Source: an uncultured Trueperaceae bacterium (GTDB lineage Bacteria > Deinococcota > Deinococci > Deinococcales > Trueperaceae). From it: a stretch of DNA of 64,000 bases. The stretch spans positions 192,001 to 256,000 of the forward strand of contig CAVSGP010000004.1 of the NCBI GenBank assembly GCA_963727505.1, read 5' to 3'. Shown one piece after another: positions 9,841 through 22,360 of the stretch. How positions within the stretch are numbered: position 1 is the stretch's first letter; every line of letters begins with the position of its first letter. Both the position numbers and the translations under genes were made by a program. The notes under the pieces were generated by a model, which saw nothing but the letters and a program-made list of their open reading frames with translations, was not told where the DNA came from and ran no database searches.

Positions 9841-10134
9841 ATGAACCCATACGAACGACGTCGCGAGCGTGGCGCAGGCCCCGCCCAACGAGCTCGAAGA
9901 CCCTGGCAGGACAGGCCGGCCCGCATGCTGTCGTCCGGCGACACGACCAGGTTGAGCGCCCTGGTCGAACACGGGCTGGTCGCTATCCACGAGATCCGCA
10001 GGCAACGCGCCGTGTACGCCACCATCGAAGTTGCGATCGACCGCGCCCCGCCCCGTCTCACCGTCCTCGACGCGGCCGAGCATTCCACGTCCTCGCCGAA
10101 CGCCGCCGGCGCACCCGACGGGAAGGCGTCATGA
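9841..10134 (+). pseudogene. Possible remnant of a small winged-helix DNA-binding protein
   Basis: C-terminal half (TRLSALVEHGLVAIHEIRRQRAVYATIEVAID) looks wHTH-like, N-terminal half does not; stop overlaps next ATG. Confidence 0.25.
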
Positions 10135-11303
10135 ACCCCGCCGAACCGCCGCGAGGCTTCCCAAAGGCGGAGTACGAGGCGCGCCTGGAGCGTGCACAAC
10201 GTTCGATGCGTGAGGACGGGCTCGACGCTCTGCTGCTCATGAGCGAGCCCGACGTGCGCTACTTCAGCGGTTTCGTCACACCGCTCTGGCAGAGTCCGAC
10301 GCGACCCTGGTTCTTGATCGTGCCCGCGGCCCGCAAGCCGATCGCGGTCATCCCCGAGATCGGTGCGCCACTCATGCTGCGAACCTGGCTCGAGGATGTA
10401 CGGACGTGGCCCGCTCCACGCCCCGAGGACGACGGTGTGTCGCTCCTGCTCGACGCGTTGCGGGGCATCGGAGCGGGAGCGGGTCGCGTCGGCCTTCTCA
10501 CGGGCCCGGAGACGGCGCTGCGCATGCCGCTGGCCGACTACCATCGGTTGCGCGACGCGCTGCCGCACGCACGGTTCATGGACGCGACGGGCCTCATGCG
10601 CAGCCTCCGTCTGGCCAAGTCCGAACGCGAGATCGCGAAGATCGGCTACGCGTGCGAGGTCGCGTCGACCGCCTTCGCGTCCGTGCCCGAGCTGGCGTTC
10701 GCCGGGCAGCCCCTGGCAGAGACCTTTCGCGCTTTCAGGATCGCCCTTCTCCGGGCGGGCGCCGACGACGTCGCCTACCTGGCCGGGGGCGCCGGGCCCG
10801 GCGGCTATCCCGACGTCATCTCGCCGCCGAGCGGAAGGCTATTGCAGGACGGGGACGTCCTGGTGCTCGATACCGGCGCGGTTCACGACGGCTACTTCTG
10901 CGACCATGACCGCAACTACGCGATCGGCCGTGCAGACGACACGGTGCTGCGCGCCTACGACACCCTCTACAGGGCCACCGAGGCTGGACTGCGTGCCGCG
11001 CACCCCGGCTCGACCTGTACCGACCTGTTTCACGCCATGCGTGCCGTGATCGAAGCGGACGGGCACGAGGCCGACCCCTTCGGCCGCATGGGACACGGGC
11101 TGGGTATGCAACTGACCGAATGGCCCTCGATCCGGACGGGCGACGCCACCGTGCTGTCGCAGGGGATGGTCCTCACGCTCGAGCCGGGGCTCACGCTGGG
11201 CTCGGGCCGTTGCATGGTCCACGAGGAGGACATCGTGATCCGCGACGACGGGGCGCATCTGCTGAGCCGTCGTGCAGCGCCGAGCTTGCCGGTCGCGGGG
11301 TGA
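10131..11303 (+). CDS. M24 family Xaa-Pro peptidase/creatinase-like metallohydrolase
   Basis: Creatinase-N region plus metal ligands DTG...GYFCD, GHGLG, TLEPG, HEED. Confidence 0.9.
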   Translation: MNPAEPPRGFPKAEYEARLERAQRSMREDGLDALLLMSEPDVRYFSGFVTPLWQSPTRPWFLIVPAARKPIAVIPEIGAPLMLRTWLEDVRTWPAPRPEDDGVSLLLDALRGIGAGAGRVGLLTGPETALRMPLADYHRLRDALPHARFMDATGLMRSLRLAKSEREIAKIGYACEVASTAFASVPELAFAGQPLAETFRAFRIALLRAGADDVAYLAGGAGPGGYPDVISPPSGRLLQDGDVLVLDTGAVHDGYFCDHDRNYAIGRADDTVLRAYDTLYRATEAGLRAAHPGSTCTDLFHAMRAVIEADGHEADPFGRMGHGLGMQLTEWPSIRTGDATVLSQGMVLTLEPGLTLGSGRCMVHEEDIVIRDDGAHLLSRRAAPSLPVAG

Positions 11304-11382
11304 GCATCCTGGGCCCGAGGCGCCGCCTTGGAGAGGCACAAGATCGCCGACCAGGCAGGTTGGCGCGCTCGGGACAGGCCAC

Positions 11383-11874
11383 CTACGAGGGCGCCGCCGG
11401 CACGCCGGCGGCGAGGAACGCCCTGGCCTCCTCCACCCCGTACCAGCCCTCCCCCGCGCCAACCTCGGGGTAGAGGCGATCGAGCATCGCCAGGGTCGGG
11501 GTGGGCAGGTCCTCCAGATCGACCGGGCCGTGCGGCGGTGGCACGTGGATATCGACCGCGAGCAGCTCGTGGTCGCCTTCGGCGCGCATGAACAGGCCAG
11601 CCAGACGGACTTCCAGCACATCGCCGGGCTGCGGCTGCGCGTTGGTCAGCACCAGCACGTCGAAGTGCGGTGCGGGCGGCTCCCCGAACCCGGCCACCCA
11701 ACCGGAGGCGCCCTTGAAGCGCCGGACGTACAGGAGCGACTCCTGGTCGGTGCTGACGAAGACCCCGCGCTGCGGTCGGAACTCCATGTGGTGCCGCTCT
11801 CCGCGCGGCTGCATGATCACGACCCATGCAAGCTCCGGATGCCGCGGATGCGGCTCGCCCGGCCCGAACGGCAT
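11383..11874 (-). CDS. Inorganic pyrophosphatase-like fold protein, divergent
   Basis: Layout VVI.QPRG...G.V.G......DVLVL....PGDVLEVRLAGLF....GD..LLAV matches family I PPase; catalytic residues altered. Confidence 0.55.
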   Translation of the reverse strand: MPFGPGEPHPRHPELAWVVIMQPRGERHHMEFRPQRGVFVSTDQESLLYVRRFKGASGWVAGFGEPPAPHFDVLVLTNAQPQPGDVLEVRLAGLFMRAEGDHELLAVDIHVPPPHGPVDLEDLPTPTLAMLDRLYPEVGAGEGWYGVEEARAFLAAGVPAAPS

Positions 11875-12167
11875 CAGGAACCGCCCACCGCGTGCGCAGG
11901 GGTTCGCGCGTGGAGGGAGCAGGGACCGCGAGCCTCGCTCGGAGGGTCCGCCCGCGCATCGTCGCCCTGCGCCCCGCTCCCCTCCACGCCCCGCCACTCG
12001 CCCAGCCGTTCCTCGACCATGGGGCAATATAGCTTCCCTGCACTCGGCACCCCGCTCGGTGCATCCACAGTACGCTCAGGACGTCCGAGGGGGTCTGGTC
12101 CTCGTTTATTGCGAGGAAGAGCCTCTCGCCACGGCACCCCGGTCGCGGAACTCGGCGAAGGAGAAGC

Positions 12168-12864
12168 ATGGTCCGAACCACGCACCTCGATCGCAACCAC
12201 CGCACGCGATAAGCCGCTCCCGAACACGTTCATCCGCAACGACGCCGGAAGCGACACGCTCGCCGTGATCTTCCCCGGCCTGGGCTACCGCGCCACGATG
12301 CCCCTGCTCCACTACACCCAGCGCGCCCTCCACGAACGCGGCGCCGACATCCTGCGCCTCGATCTCGCGTACGATCTCGATCCCGACTTCCCCCGGGAAG
12401 ATCCGTCCGCTCGGCGGACGTGGATCCGCGACGATGCACGCAGCGCGTACGAGGCAGCCGCCCGGCAAGGCCCCTACCGCGACGTAGTCTTGGTCGGCAA
12501 GTCCCTCGGGACGCTCGCCCTAACCGACATCCTCGAACGGGACGAGCAGCAACCTTCCCCCGCCTGCGTGTGGCTGACCCCCCTGTTGAACGACGCCTCG
12601 CTGGTCGAAACCATCCGCCACCGGCGACCCCCTTCCCTGTTCGTGATCGGCACCGCCGACCCCCTCTACGACGGGACGCTGGTCGACGATCTCGCAGCGC
12701 GCACCGGGCGCCGAAGCGTGGTCGTCGAAGGCGCCGATCACAGCCTCGAGATCCCGGGGGACATGCCGACGACCCTGCAGGCCATGCAGGCCTATCTCTC
12801 GGCGCTCGAGGGATTCCTGGCGAGCTCCGGCACGACCACCGAGCGCGCGCAGCCACTCCCTTGA
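12168..12864 (+). pseudogene. Alpha/beta hydrolase with apparent 5' frameshift
   Basis: PGLGY, GKSLG, GTAD, ADHSL motifs in one frame; RBS AAGGAG + ATG 12168 lies in another frame that stops at 12210-12212. Confidence 0.65.
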
Positions 12865-12983
12865 GCGTGGCTGTGGCTGCGTCTGCAATGGGAGAGGCGC
12901 GACCTCGGCCGCTCCCTGCGCGAGGAGGCTTCTGGCGCGGGCGAGGGTTCGCGGCACGCAGCGAGACCGAGAGAGGGGGATGC

Positions 12984-13406
12984 ATGATCCACTACCTCGA
13001 ATCCGCCGACACCATCACGCCGAACCAACTGGCTGGCTTCTTCGATGGCTGGCCCCGACCGCCGACGCCCCAGACCCACCTTCACATCCTGAGAAGCAGT
13101 GACGAGGTCGCACTCGCGCTGACCGACACGCCCGAACCCCGCGTCGTAGGGTTCGCCACGGCCATCACCGACGGCGTCCTGGCGGCCTACATCCCGCTCC
13201 TCGAGGTCCTGCCCGACCACCGCGGACGCGGCATCGGCAGCGAGTTGGTCAGGCGCCTCCTGGTGCGCCTCGACGGCCTCTACATGATCGACGCCCTCTG
13301 CGACCAGGACGTGCTGCCGTTCTACACGTCGCTCGGTATGGAGCCCGCAACCGGCGCGTCGATCCGTGTCTACGCGCACCAGTCCGGCTCGGCCCGAGAG
13401 CCGTAG
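12984..13406 (+). CDS. GNAT family N-acetyltransferase
   Basis: EVLPDHRGRGIGSEL acetyl-CoA motif; PFYTSLG. Confidence 0.9.
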   Translation: MIHYLESADTITPNQLAGFFDGWPRPPTPQTHLHILRSSDEVALALTDTPEPRVVGFATAITDGVLAAYIPLLEVLPDHRGRGIGSELVRRLLVRLDGLYMIDALCDQDVLPFYTSLGMEPATGASIRVYAHQSGSAREP

Positions 13407-13438
13407 GCCACGCCCACCGCTGCGCAGACCCCCGAAGG

Positions 13439-14269
13439 TCAATCGATCGCTCGTCGCATCGCGACCAGCGCGATGGCCACCATGGCCGTGTCGAACACCA
13501 CCAGCGCGGCGGTCATCGTGAGCAACCTTCCGACGTCGAAGCCGTCGAGGATGAGCCCGCGGGCGCCGGCGATGGCGTAGGTCATCGGATTGGCCCGCGC
13601 GATCCAGCGCAGCCACACGGGCATCGCCTGCAGCGGCGCTAGCGCGTTCGACGCGAACAGGATCGGCAGGCCCACGAACCCGGTCACCGCGAACCACTGC
13701 GCGTGGTTGCGGAACGCGAAGGCCAGCGCCATCGACAGCGCCGTGACACCGATCCCCAGCAGGACCCCGGTGGCCAGGACCAGGGCCACGCCGCCGAGTC
13801 CGGACGCCACGCGCACGCCCAGCAGGAACGCCACCAGCAGGATGAGCACGCCCTGCGCCGTGCTGACGCCGAGCACGAAGGCGAAGCGGCTCCACAGCAG
13901 CGCCGCGGGCGGGATCGGCGCCGCCATCAGGCGCTTCAGCATGCCCGTCTCGCGGTCGAACAGGACCTCCACCCCCCCCGCGAGCGCGCCGTTGAAGACC
14001 GTCATGATCACCACGCCGGCCGTCATGAACGCGATGTAGCTCGAGCCCTGCACCATCCCACTCTTCGCGAACAGGTTGCCGAACAGCACCAGCCACAGCG
14101 CGGGCTGCGCCAACGCCACCACGATCGAGAGCGGCGTGCGCTTGAGCCGCCACCACCAGCGTGTGCTGAGCGCCCAGGTCGCCTGCCCGAACGGGGTCGA
14201 TCGGGCGGGGAGGGTCGGGACGGGTCCCTCCCCGCCGCCCCCGGCAGGGCCGCGGTCGACGTGCTTCAT
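13439..14269 (-). CDS. ABC-2 exporter permease (DrrB-like)
   Basis: DRETGMLKRLMAAP, P.WLRWIARANPMTYA; about 6 TM segments. Confidence 0.92.
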   Translation of the reverse strand: MKHVDRGPAGGGGEGPVPTLPARSTPFGQATWALSTRWWWRLKRTPLSIVVALAQPALWLVLFGNLFAKSGMVQGSSYIAFMTAGVVIMTVFNGALAGGVEVLFDRETGMLKRLMAAPIPPAALLWSRFAFVLGVSTAQGVLILLVAFLLGVRVASGLGGVALVLATGVLLGIGVTALSMALAFAFRNHAQWFAVTGFVGLPILFASNALAPLQAMPVWLRWIARANPMTYAIAGARGLILDGFDVGRLLTMTAALVVFDTAMVAIALVAMRRAID

Positions 14270-15237
14270 CTGGAGGCACCTCGTGCGGGCCCGTCGCTCG
14301 TAGAGCGCGAGACCTCCTCGGCCGTGAGCTGCAGGAAGACGTCGTCGAGCGTCGGCTGCTGGAACGCCAGCTCGAGCACGTACGCTCCCGCATCCCTTCG
14401 GAGTCGATCCACGACCTCCCACAGGCGTTCCGGCTCCCCCGTGAAGACCAGCTTCCCACCGTCGTCCACGCCGAAGGCCACCCGCGCGTCCAGCGAGCTC
14501 GCCACGTTCGGTGCGCCCGGCGCCAGGCGCACCTCCAGGCGGTGCGCACCGCGCAGGATCTTCGCCCGTAGCTCGGCGGGCGTCCCGATCGCCCGCAGCG
14601 CCCCCCGGTCGAGAATGGCCACCCGGTCGCACAGGGCGTTCGCCTCTTCCAGATAGTGCGTCGTCAGCACGATCGCGGTTCCGGCGGCCCGCAGGTCCCC
14701 GATCAGGGCCCACAGCTGGCGGCGCGTGTGGATGTCCAACCCTACCGTCGGCTCGTCGAGCAACAGGATCGGCGGTTGCGGCAGCATGCCGATGGCCAGA
14801 TCGAGACGGCGCTGCATGCCCCCCGAGTAGGTTCGCACCAGACGATCGGCGACGTCCCCCAGCCCCGACCACCTCAGCACGGCCTCGACGCGCACGCGGC
14901 GCTGGGCCCTGGCCAGCGGGTAGAGCGCGGCGTGCAGCTCCAGGTTCTCGCGCCCGCTCAGGTAGGGGTCCAACGCCGGCCGCTGCATGACCACGCCGAC
15001 GTTGGCGCGGACCGTCAGCGGCTCGACCCGCGGGTCCGATCCGAGCACCCGCACCTCGCCCGCCGACGGCGCCGTCAGCCCCAGCATGAGCTCGACGGTG
15101 GTCGTCTTCCCCGCCCCGTTCGGCCCCAGCAGACCGAAGATCTCTCCTGCGCGCACGTCGAGTGATAGGGCGTGGAGGGCCCGTACCTCCCCGAAACGCT
15201 TCTCGACGGACCGAAGGCTCACGACCGTAGGCGTCAC
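14266..15237 (-). CDS. ABC exporter ATP-binding protein (DrrA-like)
   Basis: GPNGAGKTT, YSGGMQRR, LLLDEPT, TTHYLEEA. Confidence 0.93.
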   Translation of the reverse strand: MTPTVVSLRSVEKRFGEVRALHALSLDVRAGEIFGLLGPNGAGKTTTVELMLGLTAPSAGEVRVLGSDPRVEPLTVRANVGVVMQRPALDPYLSGRENLELHAALYPLARAQRRVRVEAVLRWSGLGDVADRLVRTYSGGMQRRLDLAIGMLPQPPILLLDEPTVGLDIHTRRQLWALIGDLRAAGTAIVLTTHYLEEANALCDRVAILDRGALRAIGTPAELRAKILRGAHRLEVRLAPGAPNVASSLDARVAFGVDDGGKLVFTGEPERLWEVVDRLRRDAGAYVLELAFQQPTLDDVFLQLTAEEVSRSTSDGPARGASR

Positions 15238-15325
15238 GCGGAAATCGCCCCTCTCCCACCGGGCGACGGCGTGCCGAACGGCGCGTAGACCGGCCTGCCA
15301 CAGGCGTCTGCGAGCTTGCCCGGCT

Positions 15326-16051
15326 TCACGCGCCAGCGGGTCCCGACCCGTCGAGCGCGGCGAGGAAGCCCTCGACCAACCGCATGAAGCGCTCGTAGTC
15401 CGGACGGAACACCTCGTGCCCCGCCTCCTCCAAGAACTCGACCCGCAACTGCGGCAGCGCCGTTCGGTAGCGCTCGAGGTCGGCCGCCGCCACGCTCGCG
15501 CTCTTCCCGCCGACCACCAGGAGCACCGGGCAGGCGAGAGCGTGCAGGTCGTCCCACAGGTCGACCCGCCGCGCATCGCGCCGGATCGCCCGGACCACGC
15601 GCTCTGGGATTCCGCGCTCGCGCGCGAACGGCAAGGCGTACTCGAGCCACGCCCCGTCGAGCTCCGGCGACCGCGCCGCATAGTCGAGGAGGATCAGCCC
15701 TCGCACCTGTTCGGGCTGCCGCACGGCGTACGCCAGCGCAACGGGCACGCCCATCGAGAACGCCATCACGCAGGCCGGCCCGAGCCCGGCTCCCGCCAAC
15801 ACCGCCTCCAGGTCGGCCACCCGATCGTCGAACGTGTACCCGTTCTCGGGCGCTGCGTCGCCCTCGAACACACCCCGCTTGTCCACGGCCAACGTCGACC
15901 GCGAAGCCAGGCGCACCATCTCCGCACGGAAATCGCTCGCCTGACCCAAGCTCCCGGGTAGGTAGACCAGCGGCACCTGTCCAGCCCCACCCCGCCGAAC
16001 GAGGTAGTGCAGCCGCACCCCGTCGCGCTCCCCCCAACGCTCTTCGATCAT
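15326..16051 (-). CDS. Alpha/beta fold hydrolase
   Basis: DKRG, AFSMG nucleophile elbow, AGHEV; TATGGT 6 nt upstream of ATG. Confidence 0.85.
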   Translation of the reverse strand: MIEERWGERDGVRLHYLVRRGGAGQVPLVYLPGSLGQASDFRAEMVRLASRSTLAVDKRGVFEGDAAPENGYTFDDRVADLEAVLAGAGLGPACVMAFSMGVPVALAYAVRQPEQVRGLILLDYAARSPELDGAWLEYALPFARERGIPERVVRAIRRDARRVDLWDDLHALACPVLLVVGGKSASVAAADLERYRTALPQLRVEFLEEAGHEVFRPDYERFMRLVEGFLAALDGSGPAGA

Positions 16052-16175
16052 GCGTACACCATAGCGGAAGGGACAGGGTGGTCCACATGCGAACCGATTG
16101 TGTCTCCCCCCTCTGCTCCACGGGGCGGCCGCCCTCCCTACCCGGAGGAGCGGGCGCGGGGACGCCGCCTGAACT

Positions 16176-16730
16176 TCAGCGCTTCCACAGGTCCGCGATG
16201 ATGGACACGAACCGCATCTCGCCGTGAGAATTGCGCGGATCCGAGCGCTGCGAGCGGAAGATCGGCCCGTCCTCCGGGTCCCACGGCCGGTGATGGAAGC
16301 GCCCGTGCTCGTCGCAGTACTCCAGCAGCTCGACGTCGAAGCCGGCGCTCCCGAACACCTCCGCGAACAGCCGGTGATCGTACAGCACCCTGTGGTCCGC
16401 CGCCGGGTGCTCGGCCGGACCCGGCCCGCCCACCTGCACCAGCCGCCGATACGCGGGATCGCCGAAATTGCCGTCGGGAACGGCGCACCGCAGGTATCCT
16501 CCCGGCTCCAGGAACTCGAAGGACAGCGCGGCCGCGCGGCGTCCCTCCTCCAGCGTGAGGTGCTCCCAGACGTGCTCGCACAGGAAGGCGGACACGAGCC
16601 GGCTCGAGAAGCTCGCAACGAAGTCCGGCCGCTTCAGGAGGTCGAGGTCCTCCTTCTGCGTCGGGATCCATCCCGGATAGCGCTGCTCGCCCGCGCCGAG
16701 GATCACCCGACGGCGCGCCCGCCGGGACAC
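16176..16730 (-). CDS. Class I SAM-dependent methyltransferase
   Basis: ILGAG, EHVWEHL, LEPGGYLRCAVPD. Confidence 0.85.
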   Translation of the reverse strand: MSRRARRRVILGAGEQRYPGWIPTQKEDLDLLKRPDFVASFSSRLVSAFLCEHVWEHLTLEEGRRAAALSFEFLEPGGYLRCAVPDGNFGDPAYRRLVQVGGPGPAEHPAADHRVLYDHRLFAEVFGSAGFDVELLEYCDEHGRFHHRPWDPEDGPIFRSQRSDPRNSHGEMRFVSIIADLWKR

Positions 16731-16807
16731 CGCTCAGATCCACCATGCGCCCGAGCTTGACGGCTACCCGGCCGGCGCGGCTTCGGCATCACGTGCGCGC
16801 CAGGCGC

Positions 16808-17416
16808 TCAACTGCGGCAGGCGCGCCCCCAGTCGATGGCCCGCGAGAGCAGTCCGGCCACCGCCTCGAGCCCGGCCCGGTCCTCCTCGTCGAAGGTCGC
16901 GACCCGGTCGCTGTCCAGGTCGAGCACCGCCGTCACGGCCCCGTCGCCATCGGAGTCGCCATCGAAGATAGGCACCACGATCTCGGAGCGCGAGCGCGGA
17001 TCGCATGCGATGTGCCCGGGGAAAGCGTGGACGTCCGGGACCACCTGGCTGGCGCGTTGCGCGACGGCGGCGCCACACACGCCGGCGCCGACCGCGATAC
17101 GAACGCACGCCGGCCGGCCCTGGAACGGTCCGACGACCAGCTCACCGTCGCGAACCAGGTAGAACCCTGCCCAGTTGAGTCCTGGCAGCCACTCGTAGAT
17201 GGCCGCGGCAGCGTTGGCGAGGTTGGCGAGCCAGTCGGGCTCGCCCTCGATCAGGCCCGCCAGTCGCTCGAGCAACTCGGCGTAGAGGTCCGACTTCGAC
17301 CGGGCCGAACTCGACGGGGCCGAACTCGACGGGGCCGAATTCGAGGGGGCCGAATCCGACGGGGCCGAATCCGAGGGGGCCGACACGGCCTCTCCGTGAC
17401 TGTGGGTGTCTGCCAT
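16808..17416 (-). CDS. msrC: GAF-domain free methionine-R-sulfoxide reductase
   Basis: NWAGFY, GPFQGRPACVRI..G.GVCG, HIACD..SRSEIVVP. Confidence 0.88.
   Translation of the reverse strand: MADTHSHGEAVSAPSDSAPSDSAPSNSAPSSSAPSSSARSKSDLYAELLERLAGLIEGEPDWLANLANAAAAIYEWLPGLNWAGFYLVRDGELVVGPFQGRPACVRIAVGAGVCGAAVAQRASQVVPDVHAFPGHIACDPRSRSEIVVPIFDGDSDGDGAVTAVLDLDSDRVATFDEEDRAGLEAVAGLLSRAIDWGRACRS
17296..17383. repeat. 15-bp tandem repeat (5-6 copies) encoding SAPS[DNS] in the msrC N-terminus
   Basis: Repeated GGGGCCGAA(C/T)(T/C)CGA(C/G) units. Confidence 0.9.
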
Positions 17417-17614
17417 GGAGACCAGACTAGCGGTCGCGGCGGCACGTTACACCTACTCGCCCGACGCCCACGCCCCGTGTCCGGGTCGATCGCCGTTCCG
17501 CGCCCCGCCCCCCACGCCGTTGGCGTAGGCTTGAAGGGTTGAACGGCCCCCCAGGGGCTTGATCGAACGACACGACCGTGCGCGGTCTCAGGCAGGACGG
17601 GATCCGCACGGTAA

Positions 17615-19876
<2,262 letters not shown>

Positions 19877-20028
19877 CGATGGACGGCCGACGGCGGACGG
19901 CTGCGCGGTGGGGCGCCCTCGGGGGCGCCCCACCGCTTCGTGTGCACGCGGGTGCGCCGCGCCCCGGCCGATAACGCTCGAGTAACGGCCGTTCACCTAC
20001 CCTCCTTCCCCAAGGGGAGGAGAGTCAC

Positions 20029-20541
20029 ATGAGGCGCTTCACGTTTCCTTCGGCCGGTCCCACGCGAGCCGCGATCACCGTCGCCGTGATCTGCCTGGCG
20101 TTCGCCCTGATCGCCGGCAGCCCCTCGGCCCGCGCCCAGGGACTCTTCGCGGGCTGGGAGCTGGGCGCCCTCGACGTGGTCGTGCCGACGCTGGGCGGCC
20201 AGTTCGGGGTCACCGTCGCGCCGCACGCCGTGGCCCGGCTGACGGTCGACGACTTCGCATTCGTGTTCTTCCAGATCGGGACGGACGTGCTCTACGACAG
20301 CGCCCCACCGCGCGGCGCGATCTCGTGGTACGTCGGCGGCGGACCCCAGGTCTACGCCAGTCCCTTCGGCGTCCCCGGCGCATTCGGACCGGTCGCCGCC
20401 TTCGGACTGCATCTCACCGCCGGTCTCGACGTGCCCACCGGCCCGACCACGGCGGCCTACCTCGAACTGCAACCCGCCACCGACCTGGGGTTCCACGGCA
20501 TCATCGTGGGGTTCAGGATCGGGGTCAACTACGACTTCTGA
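20029..20541 (+). CDS. Exported protein, probable small outer-membrane beta-barrel
   Basis: Signal peptide (ARA|Q), alternating Gly/aromatic strands, C-terminal GVNYDF. Confidence 0.6.
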   Translation: MRRFTFPSAGPTRAAITVAVICLAFALIAGSPSARAQGLFAGWELGALDVVVPTLGGQFGVTVAPHAVARLTVDDFAFVFFQIGTDVLYDSAPPRGAISWYVGGGPQVYASPFGVPGAFGPVAAFGLHLTAGLDVPTGPTTAAYLELQPATDLGFHGIIVGFRIGVNYDF

Positions 20542-20689
20542 GCTCCGCCGACGGGCCGCGGCGCCGACGGCATGACCGGCCGCCGCGGGTCCGCATCGAC
20601 CGCACGAAGGACAATGCCTCATCGACCGCCTCTCGCAGCGGTACCGTGACGGAAAGGCAACCAGCGCCCGCGAGAGGAACGGTACCCGC

Positions 20690-22360
20690 ATGCCATCGAA
20701 AGCACGCACGGTCAGGGCACCCCGAGGCGTCGAACGCACCTGCAAGGGCTGGCAGCAGGAGGCCGCCCTGCGGATGCTCATGAACAACCTCGACCCCGAC
20801 GTCGCCGAGAATCCCGACGAACTCATCGTCTACGGCGGCAGCGGACGGGCGGCGCGGAGCTGGGAGGCGTTCGATGTCATCGTCGCCACCCTGAAGCGCC
20901 TCGAGAACGACGAGACCCTCCTCATCCAGTCCGGCAAGCCGGTCGGCGTGTTCCGCACCCACGACAAGGCACCCAGGGTGCTCATCGCAAACTCCCTGCT
21001 GGTCCCGGCCTGGGCCACCTGGGAGGAGTTCCGCAAGCTCGAGGCGGCAGGCCTCACCATGTTCGGGCAGATGACCGCCGGCTCCTGGATCTACATCGGC
21101 ACCCAGGGGATCCTGCAGGGCACGTTCGAGACCTTCGCCGAGGCAGCCGCCCAGCACTTCGGCGGCGACCTCGCCGGGCGCTGGATGCTGACCGCCGGCT
21201 GCGGCGGAATGGGGGGCGCGCAACCGCTGGCCGTGACCATGAACGGCGGCGTGTGCCTCATCGTCGACGTCGACCCCACGCGGCTGGAACGCCGCGTGAA
21301 GACGCGCTACCTCGACGAGGTCGCCGACGATCTCGAGGACGCCCTGACCCGCGTCGAGCGCGCCGTAGGCGCGCGGGAAGCACGATCCATCGGGCTGGTG
21401 GGCAACGCTGCGGAGGTGTTCCCGGAACTGGTACGCCGTGGCCGCGTGCCCGACCTCACGACCGACCAGACGTCGGCCCACGACGCCCTGAACGGCTACG
21501 TACCGGCGGGGTTGACGCTCGAGCAGGCGTCGGCACTCCGGGTCGCCGAACCCGAACGCTACGTCGAACGCGCCAAGGCCAGCATGGCCGAGCACGTGCG
21601 CGCCATGCTGGCGCTTCAGGAGCGAGGCTCGGTGGTCTTCGACTACGGCAACAACCTCCGCCAGCAGGCCAAGGACGCCGGCGTGCAGGACGCCTTCGCC
21701 TTCCCCGGCTTCGTGCCCGCCTTCGTCCGTCCGCTGTTCTGCGAGGGCAAGGGTCCATTCCGGTGGGCGGCGCTGTCGGGGGACCCGGCCGACATCGCGC
21801 GCATCGACACCGCCATCCTCGAGGCCTTCGCCGACGACGAACGTCTGACACGCTGGATCCGCATGGCGAGCGAACGGGTGGCGTTCCAAGGCCTGCCGGC
21901 ACGCATCTGCTGGCTCGGCTATGGCGACCGAGCCAAGCTGGGCGCCATCATGAACGACCTGGTGGCGTCGGGTGAGGTGAGCGCGCCCATCGTCATCGGC
22001 CGCGACCACCTCGACAGCGGCTCGGTGGCGTCGCCCAACCGTGAGACCGAGGCCATGCGCGACGGCAGCGACGCCATCGCCGACTGGCCGATCCTCAACG
22101 CGCTGCTCAACACCGCCGCGGGCGCGAGCTGGGTGTCGGTGCATCACGGCGGCGGCGTGGGGATCGGCTACGCCATCCACGCCGGCATGGTGGTGGTCGC
22201 CGACGGCACGCCGGAGGCTGCCGAGCGGCTCGAGCGCGTGCTGACCACCGACCCCGGCAGCGGTGTGATGCGCCACGCCGACGCGGGCTACCCGGAGGCG
22301 GTACGGACCGCCCGCGAGAAGGGCATCGACCTGCCGATGCTCGCCCCCGACACGCCGTGA
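20690..22360 (+). CDS. hutU: Urocanate hydratase
   Basis: [40 protein letters not shown]. Confidence 0.98.
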   Translation: MPSKARTVRAPRGVERTCKGWQQEAALRMLMNNLDPDVAENPDELIVYGGSGRAARSWEAFDVIVATLKRLENDETLLIQSGKPVGVFRTHDKAPRVLIANSLLVPAWATWEEFRKLEAAGLTMFGQMTAGSWIYIGTQGILQGTFETFAEAAAQHFGGDLAGRWMLTAGCGGMGGAQPLAVTMNGGVCLIVDVDPTRLERRVKTRYLDEVADDLEDALTRVERAVGAREARSIGLVGNAAEVFPELVRRGRVPDLTTDQTSAHDALNGYVPAGLTLEQASALRVAEPERYVERAKASMAEHVRAMLALQERGSVVFDYGNNLRQQAKDAGVQDAFAFPGFVPAFVRPLFCEGKGPFRWAALSGDPADIARIDTAILEAFADDERLTRWIRMASERVAFQGLPARICWLGYGDRAKLGAIMNDLVASGEVSAPIVIGRDHLDSGSVASPNRETEAMRDGSDAIADWPILNALLNTAAGASWVSVHHGGGVGIGYAIHAGMVVVADGTPEAAERLERVLTTDPGSGVMRHADAGYPEAVRTAREKGIDLPMLAPDTP

